A DNA stretch of 64,000 bases from Isurus oxyrinchus (GCA_026770705.1 JANJGN010000023.1:9982001-10046000); one strand, 5' to 3'. Shown: positions 1 to 10,909, counted from the stretch's first letter. The notes: generated from the sequence alone by a model not told the origin. Translations and numbers: made by a program.

Positions 1-374
1 GGGAAACTCCCTCACACTGTCTGCTTCTAAATGTCATCAGAGATTACTGATGAACTAGCAACCTTGTACAGAACTGCTTGCTTCACATCCTGCCTCTTTC
101 ACTGCTTCGTGCCAAACTGCATTTCAGAATGAAGCCACATCCTCTTGTATTCCGGAGGGATGTTTATTCTGTTGTGATTTCTTGGTCTGACTAAATAAGT
201 TCAAAACTTTAGACAGCGCCATGGAGACCAAACGCACCCAAACAAAATACACCGGATGCTGGAAATCTGAATAAAAGCCGAAAAAGAAGGAAATTCGCAG
301 CATCTATGAAGACAAAAACATGGATTCATTCAAGTCAACGAACTTTCATTCTGTTTACCGGCGGAGTATCCGCC

Positions 375-1146
375 CCGAGCCGCCGAACAATGCTGCAATG
401 TTCCGTGAGGATATGAGTCAGTGACATTCAGCAGTTCCTCACACACCAACATATTTAATCTGACGAGCGACTTCATCCTCCACTGAGCTGGCGCCCCTCC
501 TTGTGTTTGTGGTGAGAGCAGGAACTGCAGCTGTAGAGCAGAGCGGGATCAGCAATGCTGCCGGATCTGAGCGGAAACCTGCCCTGGTTTGTAAACCTCT
601 TGTGGACCATTGTGAGAAAGAAGGGAGATGGAAAGGCGGTTTCCTCTAATCCAGCTCTTGTGATCGATGGAGGCAGAAATAGCAACGTTAACATTAACAT
701 TCAGCAAGTTATTATTAAAATCCCTACAATGAAATATGTTTTGATAATCCAAATTATAACCATAAATCTGCTGATCAACCGGCAAACTCGTACAGAACTG
801 CCTGCTTCACAGCCTGACTCTTTCACTGACTCCTACCAAGCTGCATTTCAGAATGAAGCCACATCCTCTTGTATCCCGGCTGGCTGATTATTCTGTTGTA
901 TTTTATGGGTCTGTTTCCTGGGTGTCAGTTCTCTGTACTTCTGGGTGGTGATTTCCAGCCCTGCAACATGACTCAACTTAGCTACAGCAGCGGTTCCAGC
1001 TCCCAGCACGAACACAACCACAGAAGCAGCTCAGGAGAAGTGGGAGACTCTCCTTTAATCCATTTGATATGTTTCTGTGTGAGGAGCTGCTGAGTGTCGC
1101 TGACTCATATCCTCACTGAACATTGCAGCATTACTCGGCAGCTCGG
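375..1146. repeat. Intra-monomer inverted repeat (arms 375-536 and 982-1146); recurs in every A monomer, shorter and more diverged in B
   Basis: 375-454 versus the reverse complement of 1067-1146 aligns without gaps at 71/80 by hand. Weaker similarity continues to GCTGTAG (536) / CTACAGC (982). Confidence 0.93.
414..420 (+). promoter_or_regulatory. AP-1 consensus TGAGTCA at the centre of the arm element (repeated in almost every monomer; also as GCTGACTCAT in the inverted arm)
   Basis: Exact TGASTCA matches at 414-420, 969-975 and 1101-1107 in monomer 1, and at 4150-4156 after the LINE. Motif match only, no functional evidence. Confidence 0.3.
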
Positions 1147-1582
1147 CGCAGCTGAATTTACAGCCCCGGCCACGAACCGAGTCCAGAGAGAGTGAAATAT
1201 GTTTTGTGTGTTTCAGGCAATGACTCCTGGCCAGTCAGCAGCAGAGAGGCGGAGGTCGGTTCAGTGGGAAAAACGCTGCTTGGAGTTCTTACCGAAGCTT
1301 TGGTTGAGGAAAATTCCTCGTTTTATTTAACCTCAGTACTGAACTCTTCCTCAGAGCTGTTTCTGTTCATGCGGGGCGATTTTCATTTTGAAATCGGCTG
1401 GTTCAATCGCATCAAATCTTCATCTCGTCATCTTTTAAGCGGTGGCAGCGGCTGGAGAAAAAAAAAGACACAGATTTCACTCATTGCCTGTTCCTCTGAG
1501 ACCCCCGTCTTCACCGAAACTGAGAAATGTATTTTTTAGACGTCCGTCGGGAAAATGTGTTGTCCAAATCAAAAAGGACAGC

Positions 1583-2973
1583 ATAATTTCTAAATTTTAG
1601 ACATTGCCATGGAGACGAGACGATCCCAAGAAAAATACACCGGATGTTGCAATTCTGAAATAAAACAGAAAATACGCAGCATCTATGAAAACTAAATGTT
1701 AGAATCTATCAGGTCAATGATCTTTTATTCTGTTCTTCGGCGCAATATCGGCCCCGAGACGCCGAACAATGCTGCAATGTTCAGTGTGGATATGAGTCAG
1801 TGACATTCAGCAGTTCCTCACACACCGACATATTTAAACTGAGGAGAGACTTCATCCTCCACTGAGCTGGCGCCCCTCCTTGTGTTTGTGGTGAGAGCTG
1901 GAACTGCAGCTGTAGAGCAGAGCGGGATCAGCAATGCTGCCGGATCTAAGCGGATACCTGTCCTGGTTTGTAAACCTCTTGTGGACCATTGTGAGAAAGA
2001 AGGGAGATGGAAAGGCGGTTTCCTCTAATCCAGCTCTTGTGATCGATGGAGGCAGAAATAGCAGCGTTAACATTAACATTCAGCAAGTTATCATTAAAAT
2101 CCCTACAATGAAATATGTTTTGATAACCCAAATTATAACCATAAATGTCATCAAAATCTGCTGATCAACCCGCAAACTCATACAGAACTGCCTTCTTCAC
2201 TTCCTGCCTCTTTCACTGACTTGTACCAAGCTGCATTTCAGAATGAAGCCACATCCTCTTGTATCCCGGCTAGCTGATTATTCTGTTGTATTTTATGGGT
2301 CTGTTTCCTGGGTGTCAGTTCTCTGTACATCTGGGTGGTGATTTCCAGCTCCGCAACATGACTCAACTTCGCTACAGCAGCGGTTCCAGGTCCCAGCACG
2401 AACACAACCACAGCAGCAGCACAGGAGAAGTGGGAGACTCTCCTTTAATCCATTTGATATGTTTCTGTGTGAGGAGCTGCTGAGTGTCGCTGACTCATAC
2501 CCTCACTGAACATTTGCAGCATTACTCGGCAGCTGGGCGCTGCTGAATTTACAGCCCCGGCCACGAACCGAGCCCAGAGAGAGTGAAATATGTTTTGTGT
2601 GTTTCAGGCAATGACTCCTGGCCAGTCAGCAGCAGAGAGGCGGAGGTCGGTTCAGTGGGAAAAACGCTGCTTGGAGTTCTTACCGAAACTTTGGTTGAGG
2701 AAAGTTCCTCGTTTTATTTAACCTCAGTACTGAACTCCTCCTCAGAGCTGTTTCTGTTCATGAGGCGCGATTTTCATTTTGAAATCGGCTGGTTCAATCG
2801 CATCAAATCTTCATCTCGTCACCGGTTAAGCGTTGGCAGCGGCTGGAGAAAAAAAAAGACACAAATTTCACTCATTACCTGTTCCTCTGAGACCCCCGTC
2901 TTCACCGAAACTGAGAAATGTATTTTTTAGACGTCCGTCGGGAAAATGTGTTGTCCAAATCAAAAAGGACACC
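1583..2973 (+). repeat. Representative type A monomer (1391 bp): shared block + module M + inverted arm + A-specific segment
   Basis: Shared block 1583-2141 (ATAATTTCTAAA...AATTATAACCA), then TAAATGTCATC module M (2142-2303), inverted arm (~2361-2536) and the A-specific GGCCAGTCAGCAGCAGAGAGG...CAAAAAGGACACC segment. Confidence 0.95.
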
Positions 2974-4360
2974 ATAATTTCTAAATTTTAGACATTGCCA
3001 TGGAGACCAGACGCGCCCAAGAAAAATACACCGGATGCTGGAAATCTGAAATAAAACAGAAAATACGCAGCATCTATCAAAACTAAAAATTAGAATCTCT
3101 CAGGTCAATGATCTTTTATTCTGTTCATCGGCGGAATATCTGCCCCGAGCCGCCGAACAATGCTGCAATGTTCAGTGTGGATATGAGTCAGTGACATTCA
3201 GCAGTTCCTCACACACCAACATATTTAATCTGAGAAGCGACTTCATTCTCCACTGAGCTGGCGCCCCTGCTTGTGTTTGTGGTGAGAGCTGGAACTGCAG
3301 CTGTAGAGCAGAGCGGGATCAGCTATGCTGCCGGATCTAAGCGGATACCTGTCCTGGTTTGTAAACCTCTTGTGGACCATTGTGAGAAAGAAGGGAGATG
3401 GAAAGGCGGTTTCCTCCAGTCCAGCTCTTGTGATCGATGGAGGCAGAAATAGCAGCGTTAACATTAACATTCAGACTGTTACCATTAATATCGATACAAT
3501 TCAATAATGTGGTCAATATCCCAAATTATAACCAGATTCCAGGGTGATTGTTTGTGCAGTCGGCGGATATGATCAATCGTTTTATTTCAATTCACCGTTT
3601 TACAAATGCCGAGAAGTTCAAAAGTGCAAAACGAAACATTGCGGGAAGCTTCAATGTTAAAATGTTTTAATTTGATCACATTGTTCAACATGGAATATAA
3701 TGTAATCTTTTTGTGCTTTGAAGAAAAATAAACGATTGTGAACCACCCCAAATGCACATTAGAGTTTCTCTTTTGCTTTCTTCACCTTTAATATGTTGCT
3801 GTATGAGGAGCTGCTGTGAGACACGGGCTAATATCCACAGTGAACATTGCAGCATTGCTGGGCGCTGCTGAACTTACACCCGTGACCATGAACCGAGCGC
3901 CGACAGAGAGTTCTGTGTGTTTCAGGCAATGACTCCTGGCTGCCGGATGTAAGTAGAGCCGAGCAGCCGAGCGATGCTGTCATGGAACTCTATTCCTAAC
4001 AGCACAGGGGCTCTACCTCACCACGCGGATTGCAGTGGTTCAAGAATGCTGCTCACCAGCACCTTCTGAAAGGCAACTAGGGATGGGCAATAAATGCCGG
4101 CCCAACCCGCGTAGCCCAAATCCGATAGACGAATAAAATAATGTTCACATGAGTCAGGAAGCTTCAGGGAAACTCCCTCACACTGTCTGCTTCTAAATGT
4201 CATCAGAGATTACTGATGAACTAGCAACCTTGTACAGAACTGCTTGCTTCACATCCTGCCTCTTTCACTGCTTCGTGCCAAACTGCATTTCAGAATGAAG
4301 CCACATCCTCTTGTATTCCGGAGGGATGTTTATTCTGTTGTGATTTCTTGGTCTGACTAA
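2974..4360 (+). repeat. Representative type B monomer (1387 bp): shared block + AT-rich B segment + partial inverted arm + LINE-interrupted arm + module M
   Basis: Diverges from A right after AATTATAACCA (3534) into GATTCCAGGGTG..., carries the LINE tail at 3983-4141 and module M at 4194-4355, and rejoins the shared block at 4361. Confidence 0.95.
3983..4141 (+). mobile_element. CR1-like LINE 3' fragment (B copy, frameshifted)
   Basis: TGGAACTCTATTCCTAACAGCAC...GGGATGGGCAATAAATGCCGGCC...GAATAAAATAA; homologous to 52736-52895. Confidence 0.8.
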
Positions 4361-7300
4361 ATAAGTTCAAAACTTTAGACAGCGCCATGGAGACCAAACG
4401 CACCCAAACAAAATACACCGGATGCTGGAAATCTGAATAAAAGCCGAAAAAGAAGGAAATTCGCAGCATCTATGAAGACAAAAACATGGATTCATTCAAG
4501 TCAACGAACTTTCATTCTGTTTACCGGCGGAGTATCCGCCCCGAGCCGCCGAACAATGCTGCAATGTTCCGTGAGGATATGAGTCAGTGACATTCAGCAG
4601 TTCCTCACACACCAACATATTTAATCTGACGAGCGACTTCATCCTCCACTGAGCTGGCGCCCCTCCTTGTGTTTGTGGTGAGAGCAGGAACTGCAGCTGT
4701 AGAGCAGAGCGGGATCAGCAATGCTGCCGGATCTGAGCGGAAACCTGCCCTGGTTTGTAAACCTCTTGTGGACCATTGTGAGAAAGAAGGGAGATGGAAA
4801 GGCGGTTTCCTCTAATCCAGCTCTTGTGATCGATGGAGGCAGAAATAGCAACGTTAACATTAACATTCAGCAAGTTATTATTAAAATCCCTACAATGAAA
4901 TATGTTTTGATAATCCAAATTATAACCATAAATCTGCTGATCAAGCGGCAAACTCGTACAGAACTGCCTGCTTCACAGCCTGACTCTTTCACTGACTCCT
5001 ACCAAGCTGCATTTCAGAATGAAGCCACATCCTCTTGTATCCCGGCTGGCTGATTATTCTGTTGTATTTTATGGGTCTGTTTCCTGGGTGTCAGTTCTCT
5101 GTACTTCTGGGTGGTGATTTCCAGCCCTGCAACATGACTCAACTTAGCTACAGCAGCGGTTCCAGCTCCCAGCACGAACACAACCACAGAAGCAGCTCAG
5201 GAGAAGTGGGAGACTCTCCTTTAATCCATTTGATATGTTTCTGTGTGAGGAGCTGCTGAGTGTCGCTGACTCATATCCTCACTGAACATTGCAGCATTAC
5301 TCGGCAGCTCGGCGCAGCTGAATTTACAGCCCCGGCCACGAACCGAGCCCAGAGAGAGTGAAATATGTTTTGTGTGTTTCAGGCAATGACTCCTGGCCAG
5401 TCAGCAGCAGAGAGGCGGAGGTCGGTTCAGTGGGAAAAACGCTGCTTGGAGTTCTTACCGAAGCTTTGGTTGAGGAAAATTCCTCGTTTTATTTAACCTC
5501 AGTACTGAACTCTTCCTCAGAGCTGTTTCTGTTCATGCGGGGCGATTTTCATTTTGAAATCGGCTGGTTCAATCGCATCAAATCTTCATCTCGTCATCTT
5601 TTAAGCGGTGGCAGCGGCTGGAGAAAAAAAAAGACACAGATTTCACTCATTACCTGTTCCTCTGAGACCCCCGTCTTCACCGAAACTGAGAAATGTATTT
5701 TTTAGACGTCCGTCGGGAAAATGTGTTGTCCAAATCAAAAAGGACAGCATAATTTCTAAATTTTAGACATTGCCATGGAGACGAGACGATCCCAAGAAAA
5801 ATACACCGGATGTTGCAATTCTGAAATAAAACAGAAAATACGCAGCATCTATGAAAACTAAATGTTAGAATCTATCAGGTCAATGATCTTTTATTCTGTT
5901 CTTCGGCGCAATATCGGCCCCGAGACGCCGAACAATGCTGCAATGTTCAGTGTGGATATGAGTCAGTGACATTCAGCAGTTCCTCACACACCGACATATT
6001 TAAACTGAGGAGAGACTTCATCCTCCACTGAGCTGGCGCCCCTCCTTGTGTTTGTGGTGAGAGCTGGAACTGCAGCTGTAGAGCAGAGCGGGATCAGCAA
6101 TGCTGCCGGATCTAAGCGGATACCTGTCCTGGTTTGTAAACCTCTTGTGGACCATTGTGAGAAAGAAGGGAGATGGAAAGGCGGTTTCCTCTAATCCAGC
6201 TCTTGTGATCGATGGAGGCAGAAATAGCAGCGTTAACATTAACATTCAGCAAGTTATCATTAAAATCCCTACAATGAAATATGTTTTGATAACCCAAATT
6301 ATAACCATAAATGTCATCAAAATCTGCTGATCAACCCGCAAACTCATACAGAACTGCCTTCTTCACTTCCTGCCTCTTTCACTGACTTGTACCAAGCTGC
6401 ATTTCAGAATGAAGCCACATCCTCTTGTATCCCGGCTAGCTGATTATTCTGTTGTATTTTATGGGTCTGTTTCCTGGGTGTCAGTTCTCTGTACATCTGG
6501 GTGGTGATTTCCAGCTCCGCAACATGACTCAACTTCGCTACAGCAGCGGTTCCAGGTCCCAGCACGAACACAACCACAGCAGCAGCACAGGAGAAGTGGG
6601 AGACTCTCCTTTAATCCATTTGATATGTTTCTGTGTGAGGAGCTGCTGAGTGTCGCTGACTCATACCCTCACTGAACATTTGCAGCATTACTCGGCAGCT
6701 GGGCGCTGCTGAATTTATAGCCCCGGCCACGAACCGAGCCCAGAGAGAGTGAAATATGTTTTGTGTGTTTCAGGCAATGACTCCTGGCCAGTCAGCAGCA
6801 GAGAGGCGGAGGTGGGTTCAGTGGGAAAAACGCTGCTTGGAGTTCTTACCGAAACTTTGGTTGAGGAAAGTTCCTCGTTTTATTTAACCTCAGTACTGAA
6901 CTCCTCCTCAGAGCTGTTTCTGTTCATGCGGGGCGATTTTCATTTTGAAATCGGCTGGTTCAATCGCATCAAATCTTCATCTCGTCATCTTTTAAGCGGA
7001 GGCAGCGGCTGGAGAAAAAAAAAGACACAAATTTCACTCATTACCTGTTCCTCTGAGACCCCGTCTTCACCGAAACTGAGAAATGTATTTTTTAGACGTC
7101 CGTCGGGAAAATGTGTTGTCCAAATCAAAAAGGACACCATAATTTCTAAATTTTAGACATTGCCATGGAGACCAGACGCGCCCAAGAAAAATACACCGGA
7201 TGTTGGAAATCTGAAATAAAACAGAAAATACGCAGCATCTATGAAACCTAAATGTTAGAATCTATCAGGTCAATGATCTTTTATTCTGTTCTTCGGCGCA

Positions 7301-10300
7301 ATATCGGCCCCGAGACGCCGAACAATGCTGCAATGTTCAGTGTGGATATGAGTCAGTGACATTCAGCATTTCCTCACACACCGACATATTTAAACTGAGG
7401 AGAGACTTCATCCTCTACTGAGCTGGCGCCCCTGCTTGTGCTTGTGGTGAGAGCTGGAACTGCAGCTGTAGAGCAGAGCGTAATCAGGAATGCTGCCGGA
7501 TCCTAGCGGATACCTGTCCTGGTTGTAAACCTCTTGTGGACCTTTGTGAGAAAGAAGTGAGATGGAAAGGCGGACTCCTCCAGTCCAGCTCTTGTGATCG
7601 GTGGAGGCAGAAATAGCAGCGTTCACATTCAGAATATTTTGATTTAAATTCCTACAATTAAATATGTTTTGATATTCCAAATTATAACCATAAATGTCAT
7701 CAAAATCTGCTGATCAACCCGCAAACTCATACAGAACTGCCTGCTTCACTTCCTGCCTCTTTCACTGACTCGTACCAAGCTGCATTTCAGAATGACGGCA
7801 CATCCTCTTGTATCCCGGCTAGCTGATTATTCTGTTGTATTTTATGGGTCTGTTTCCTGGGTGTCAGTTCTCTGTACATCTGGGTGGTGATTTCCAGCCC
7901 TGCAACATTACTCAACTTCGCTGCAGCAGCGGTTCCAGCTCCCAGCACGAACACAACCACAGGAGCAGCGCAGGAGACGTGGGAGACTCTCCTTTAATCC
8001 ATTTGATATGTTTCTGTGTGCGGAGCTGCTGAGTGTCGCTGACTCATATCCTCACTGAACATTTGCAGCATTACTCGGCAGCTCGGCGCTGCTGAATTTA
8101 CAGCCCCGGCCACGAACCGAGCCCAGAGAGAGTGAAATATGTTTTGTGTGTTTCAGGCAATGATTCCCGGCCAGTCAGCAGCAGAGAGCCGGAGGTGGGT
8201 TCAGTGGGAAAAACGCTGCTTGGAGTTCTTACCGAAACTTTGGTTGAGGAAAATTCCTCGTTTTATTTAACCTCAGTACTGAACTCCTCCTCAGAGCTGT
8301 TTCTGTTCATGCGGGGCGATTTTCATTTTGAAATCGGCTGGTTCAATCGCATCAAATCTTCATCTCGTCATCTTTTAAGCGGAGGCAGCGGCTGAAGAAA
8401 AAAAAAGACACAGATTTCACTCATTGCCTGTTCCTCTGAGACCCCCGTCTTCACCGAAACTGAGAAATGTATTTTTTAGACGTCCGTCGGGAAAATGTGT
8501 TGTCCAAATCAAAAAGGACACCATAATTTCTAAATTTTAGACATTGCCATGGAGACCAGACGATCCCAAGAAAAATACACCGGATGCTGGAAATCTGAAA
8601 TAAAACAGAAAATACGCAGCATCTATGAAAACTAAATGTTAGAATCTATCAGGTCAATGATCTTTTATTCTGTTCTTCGGCGCAATATCGGCCCCGAGAC
8701 GCCGAACAATGCTGCAATGTTCAGTGTGGATATGAGTCAGTGACATTCAGCATTTCCTCACACACCGACATATTTAAACCGAGGAGAGACTTCATCCTCT
8801 ACTGAGCTGGCGACGCTTCTTGTGTTTGTGGTGAGAGCTGGAACTGCAGCTGTAGAGCAGAGCGGGATCAGCAATGCTGCCGGATCTAAGCGGATACCTG
8901 TCCTGGTTTGTAAACCTCTTGTGGACCATTGTGAGAAAGAAGGGAGATGGAAAGGCGGTTTCCTCTAATCCAGCTCTTGTGATCGATGGAGGCAGAAATA
9001 GCAGCGTTGACATTAACATTCAGCAAGTTATCATTAAAATCCCTGCAATGAAATATGTTTTGATAACCCAAATTATAACCATAAAGTTATCAAAATCTGC
9101 TGATCAACCGGCAAACTCATACAGAAGCGCCTGCTTCACAGCCGGACTCTTTCACTGACTCGTACCAAGCTGCATTTCAGAATGAAGCCACAACCTCTTG
9201 TATCCCGGCTGGCTGATTATTCTGTTGTATTTTATGGGTCAGTTTCCTGGGTGTCAGTTCTCTGTACTTCTGGGTGGTGATTTCCAGCCCTGCAACATGA
9301 CACAACTTAGCTACAGCAGCGGTTCCAGATCCCAGCACGAACACAACCACAGAAGCAGCGCAGGAGAAGTGGGAGACTCTCCTTTAATCCATGTGATATG
9401 TTTCTGTGTGAGGAGCTGCTGAGTGTCGCTGACTCATATCCTCACTGAACATTTGCAGCATTACTCGGCAGCTCGGCGCTGCTGAATTTACAGCCCCGGC
9501 CACGAACCGAGCTCAGAGAGAGTGAAATATGTTTTGTGTGTTTCAGGCAATGACTCCTGGCCAGTCAGCAGCAGAGAGGCGGAGGTCGGTTCAGTGGGAA
9601 AAACGCTGCTTGAAACTTTGGTTGAGGAAAATTCCTCGTTTTATTTAACCTCAGTACTGAACTCCTCCTCAGAGCTGTTTCTGTTCATGAGGCGCGATTT
9701 TCATTTTGAAATCGGCTGGTTCAATCGCATCAAATCTTCATCTCGTCACCGGTTAAGCGTTGGCAGCGGCTGGAGAAAAAAAAAGACACAAATTTCACTC
9801 ATTGCCTGTTCCTCTGAGACCCCCGTCTTCACCGAAACTGAGAAATGTATTTTTTAGACGTCCGTCGGGAAAATGTGTTGTCCAAATCAAAAAGGACACC
9901 ATAATTTCTAAATTTTAGACATTGCCATGGAGACCAGACGCGCCCAAGAAAAATACACCGGATGCTGGAAATCTGAAATAAAACAGAAAATACGCAGCAT
10001 CTATCAAAACTAAAAATTAGAATCTCTCAGGTCAATGATCTTTTATTCTGTTCATCGGCGGAATATCTGCCCCGAGCCGCCGAACAATGCTGCAATGTTC
10101 AGTGTGGATATGAGTCAGTGACATTCAGCAGTTCCTCACACACCAACATATTTAATCTGAGAAGCGACTTCATTCTCCACTGAGCTGGCGCCCCTGCTTG
10201 TGTTTGTGGTGAGAGCTGGAACTGCAGCTGTAGAGCAGAGCGGGATCAGCTATGCTGCCGGATCTAAGCGGATACCTGTCCTGGTTTGTAAACCTCTTGT

Positions 10301-10909
10301 GGACCATTGTGAGAAAGAAGGGAGATGGAAAGGCGGTTTCCTCCAGTCCAGCTCTTGTGATCGATGGAGGCAGAAATAGCAGCGTTAACATTAACATTCA
10401 GACTGTTACCATTAATATCGATACAATTCAATAATGTGGTCAATATCCCAAATTATAACCAGATTCCAGGGTGATTGTTTGTGCAGTCGGCGGATATGAT
10501 CAATCGTTTTATTTCAATTCACCGTTTTACAAATGCCGAGAAGTTCAAAAGTGCAAAACGAAACATTGCGGGAAGCTTCAATGTTAAAATGTTTTAATTT
10601 GATCACATTGTTCAACATGGAATATAATGTAATCTTTTTGTGCTTTGAAGAAAAATAAACGATTGTGAACCACCCCAAATGCACATTAGAGTTTCTCTTT
10701 TGCTTTCTTCACCTTTAATATGTTGCTGTATGAGGAGCTGCTGTGAGACACGGGCTAATGTCCACAGTGAACATTGCAGCATTGCTGGGCGCTGCTGAAC
10801 TTACACCCGTGACCATGAACCGAGCGCCGACAGAGAGTTCTGTGTGTTTCAGGCAATGACTCCTGGCTGCCGGATGTAAGTAGCGCCGAGCAGCCGAGCG
10901 ATGCTGTCA

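Noticed and set aside
47-190. C/D-box snoRNA in module M (TGATGA ... CTGA)
   Set aside because: The C-box-like motif is TGATCA or TGAAGA in many copies, there is no terminal stem, and I recognise no rRNA/snRNA guide.
440-496. tRNA/SINE-like head on the minus strand (GGGGCGCCAGCTCAGTGGAGG)
   Set aside because: A-box-like only; no GTTCRA B box at the proper distance and no cloverleaf.
473-1093. Recurrent short ORFs (MLPDLSG..., MLMLTLLFLPP..., MYPGWLII...) as a tandem gene family
   Set aside because: They overlap on both strands, vary from 60 to 110 aa through frameshifts and stops between copies, often use non-ATG starts, and show no recognisable domain. They recur only because the DNA repeats.
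3000-3045. Resemblance of ATGGAGACC...AATACACCGGATGCTG to the 3' end of 5S rRNA
   Set aside because: Needs several gaps; no upstream 5S sequence (box A, 5' helix) and no T-run terminator.
3595-3645. AAAGTGC (miR-430/427/302-type seed) in B monomers
   Set aside because: Followed by AAAACG rather than a family-like mature sequence, flanks give only a ~6-bp stem, and it is absent from B'' and C.
3836-3880. V(D)J recombination signal (CACAGTG heptamer in B; ACAAAAACA at ~312)
   Set aside because: No nonamer 12 or 23 bp from the heptamer, no heptamer at the right distance from the nonamer-like sequence, and no V/J coding segments.
4018-4203. Minus-strand 61-aa ORF MTFRSRQCEG... as a gene
   Set aside because: It is the antisense reading of the LINE 3' fragment and is broken in several copies (e.g. 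~30.4 and ~36.8 kb).
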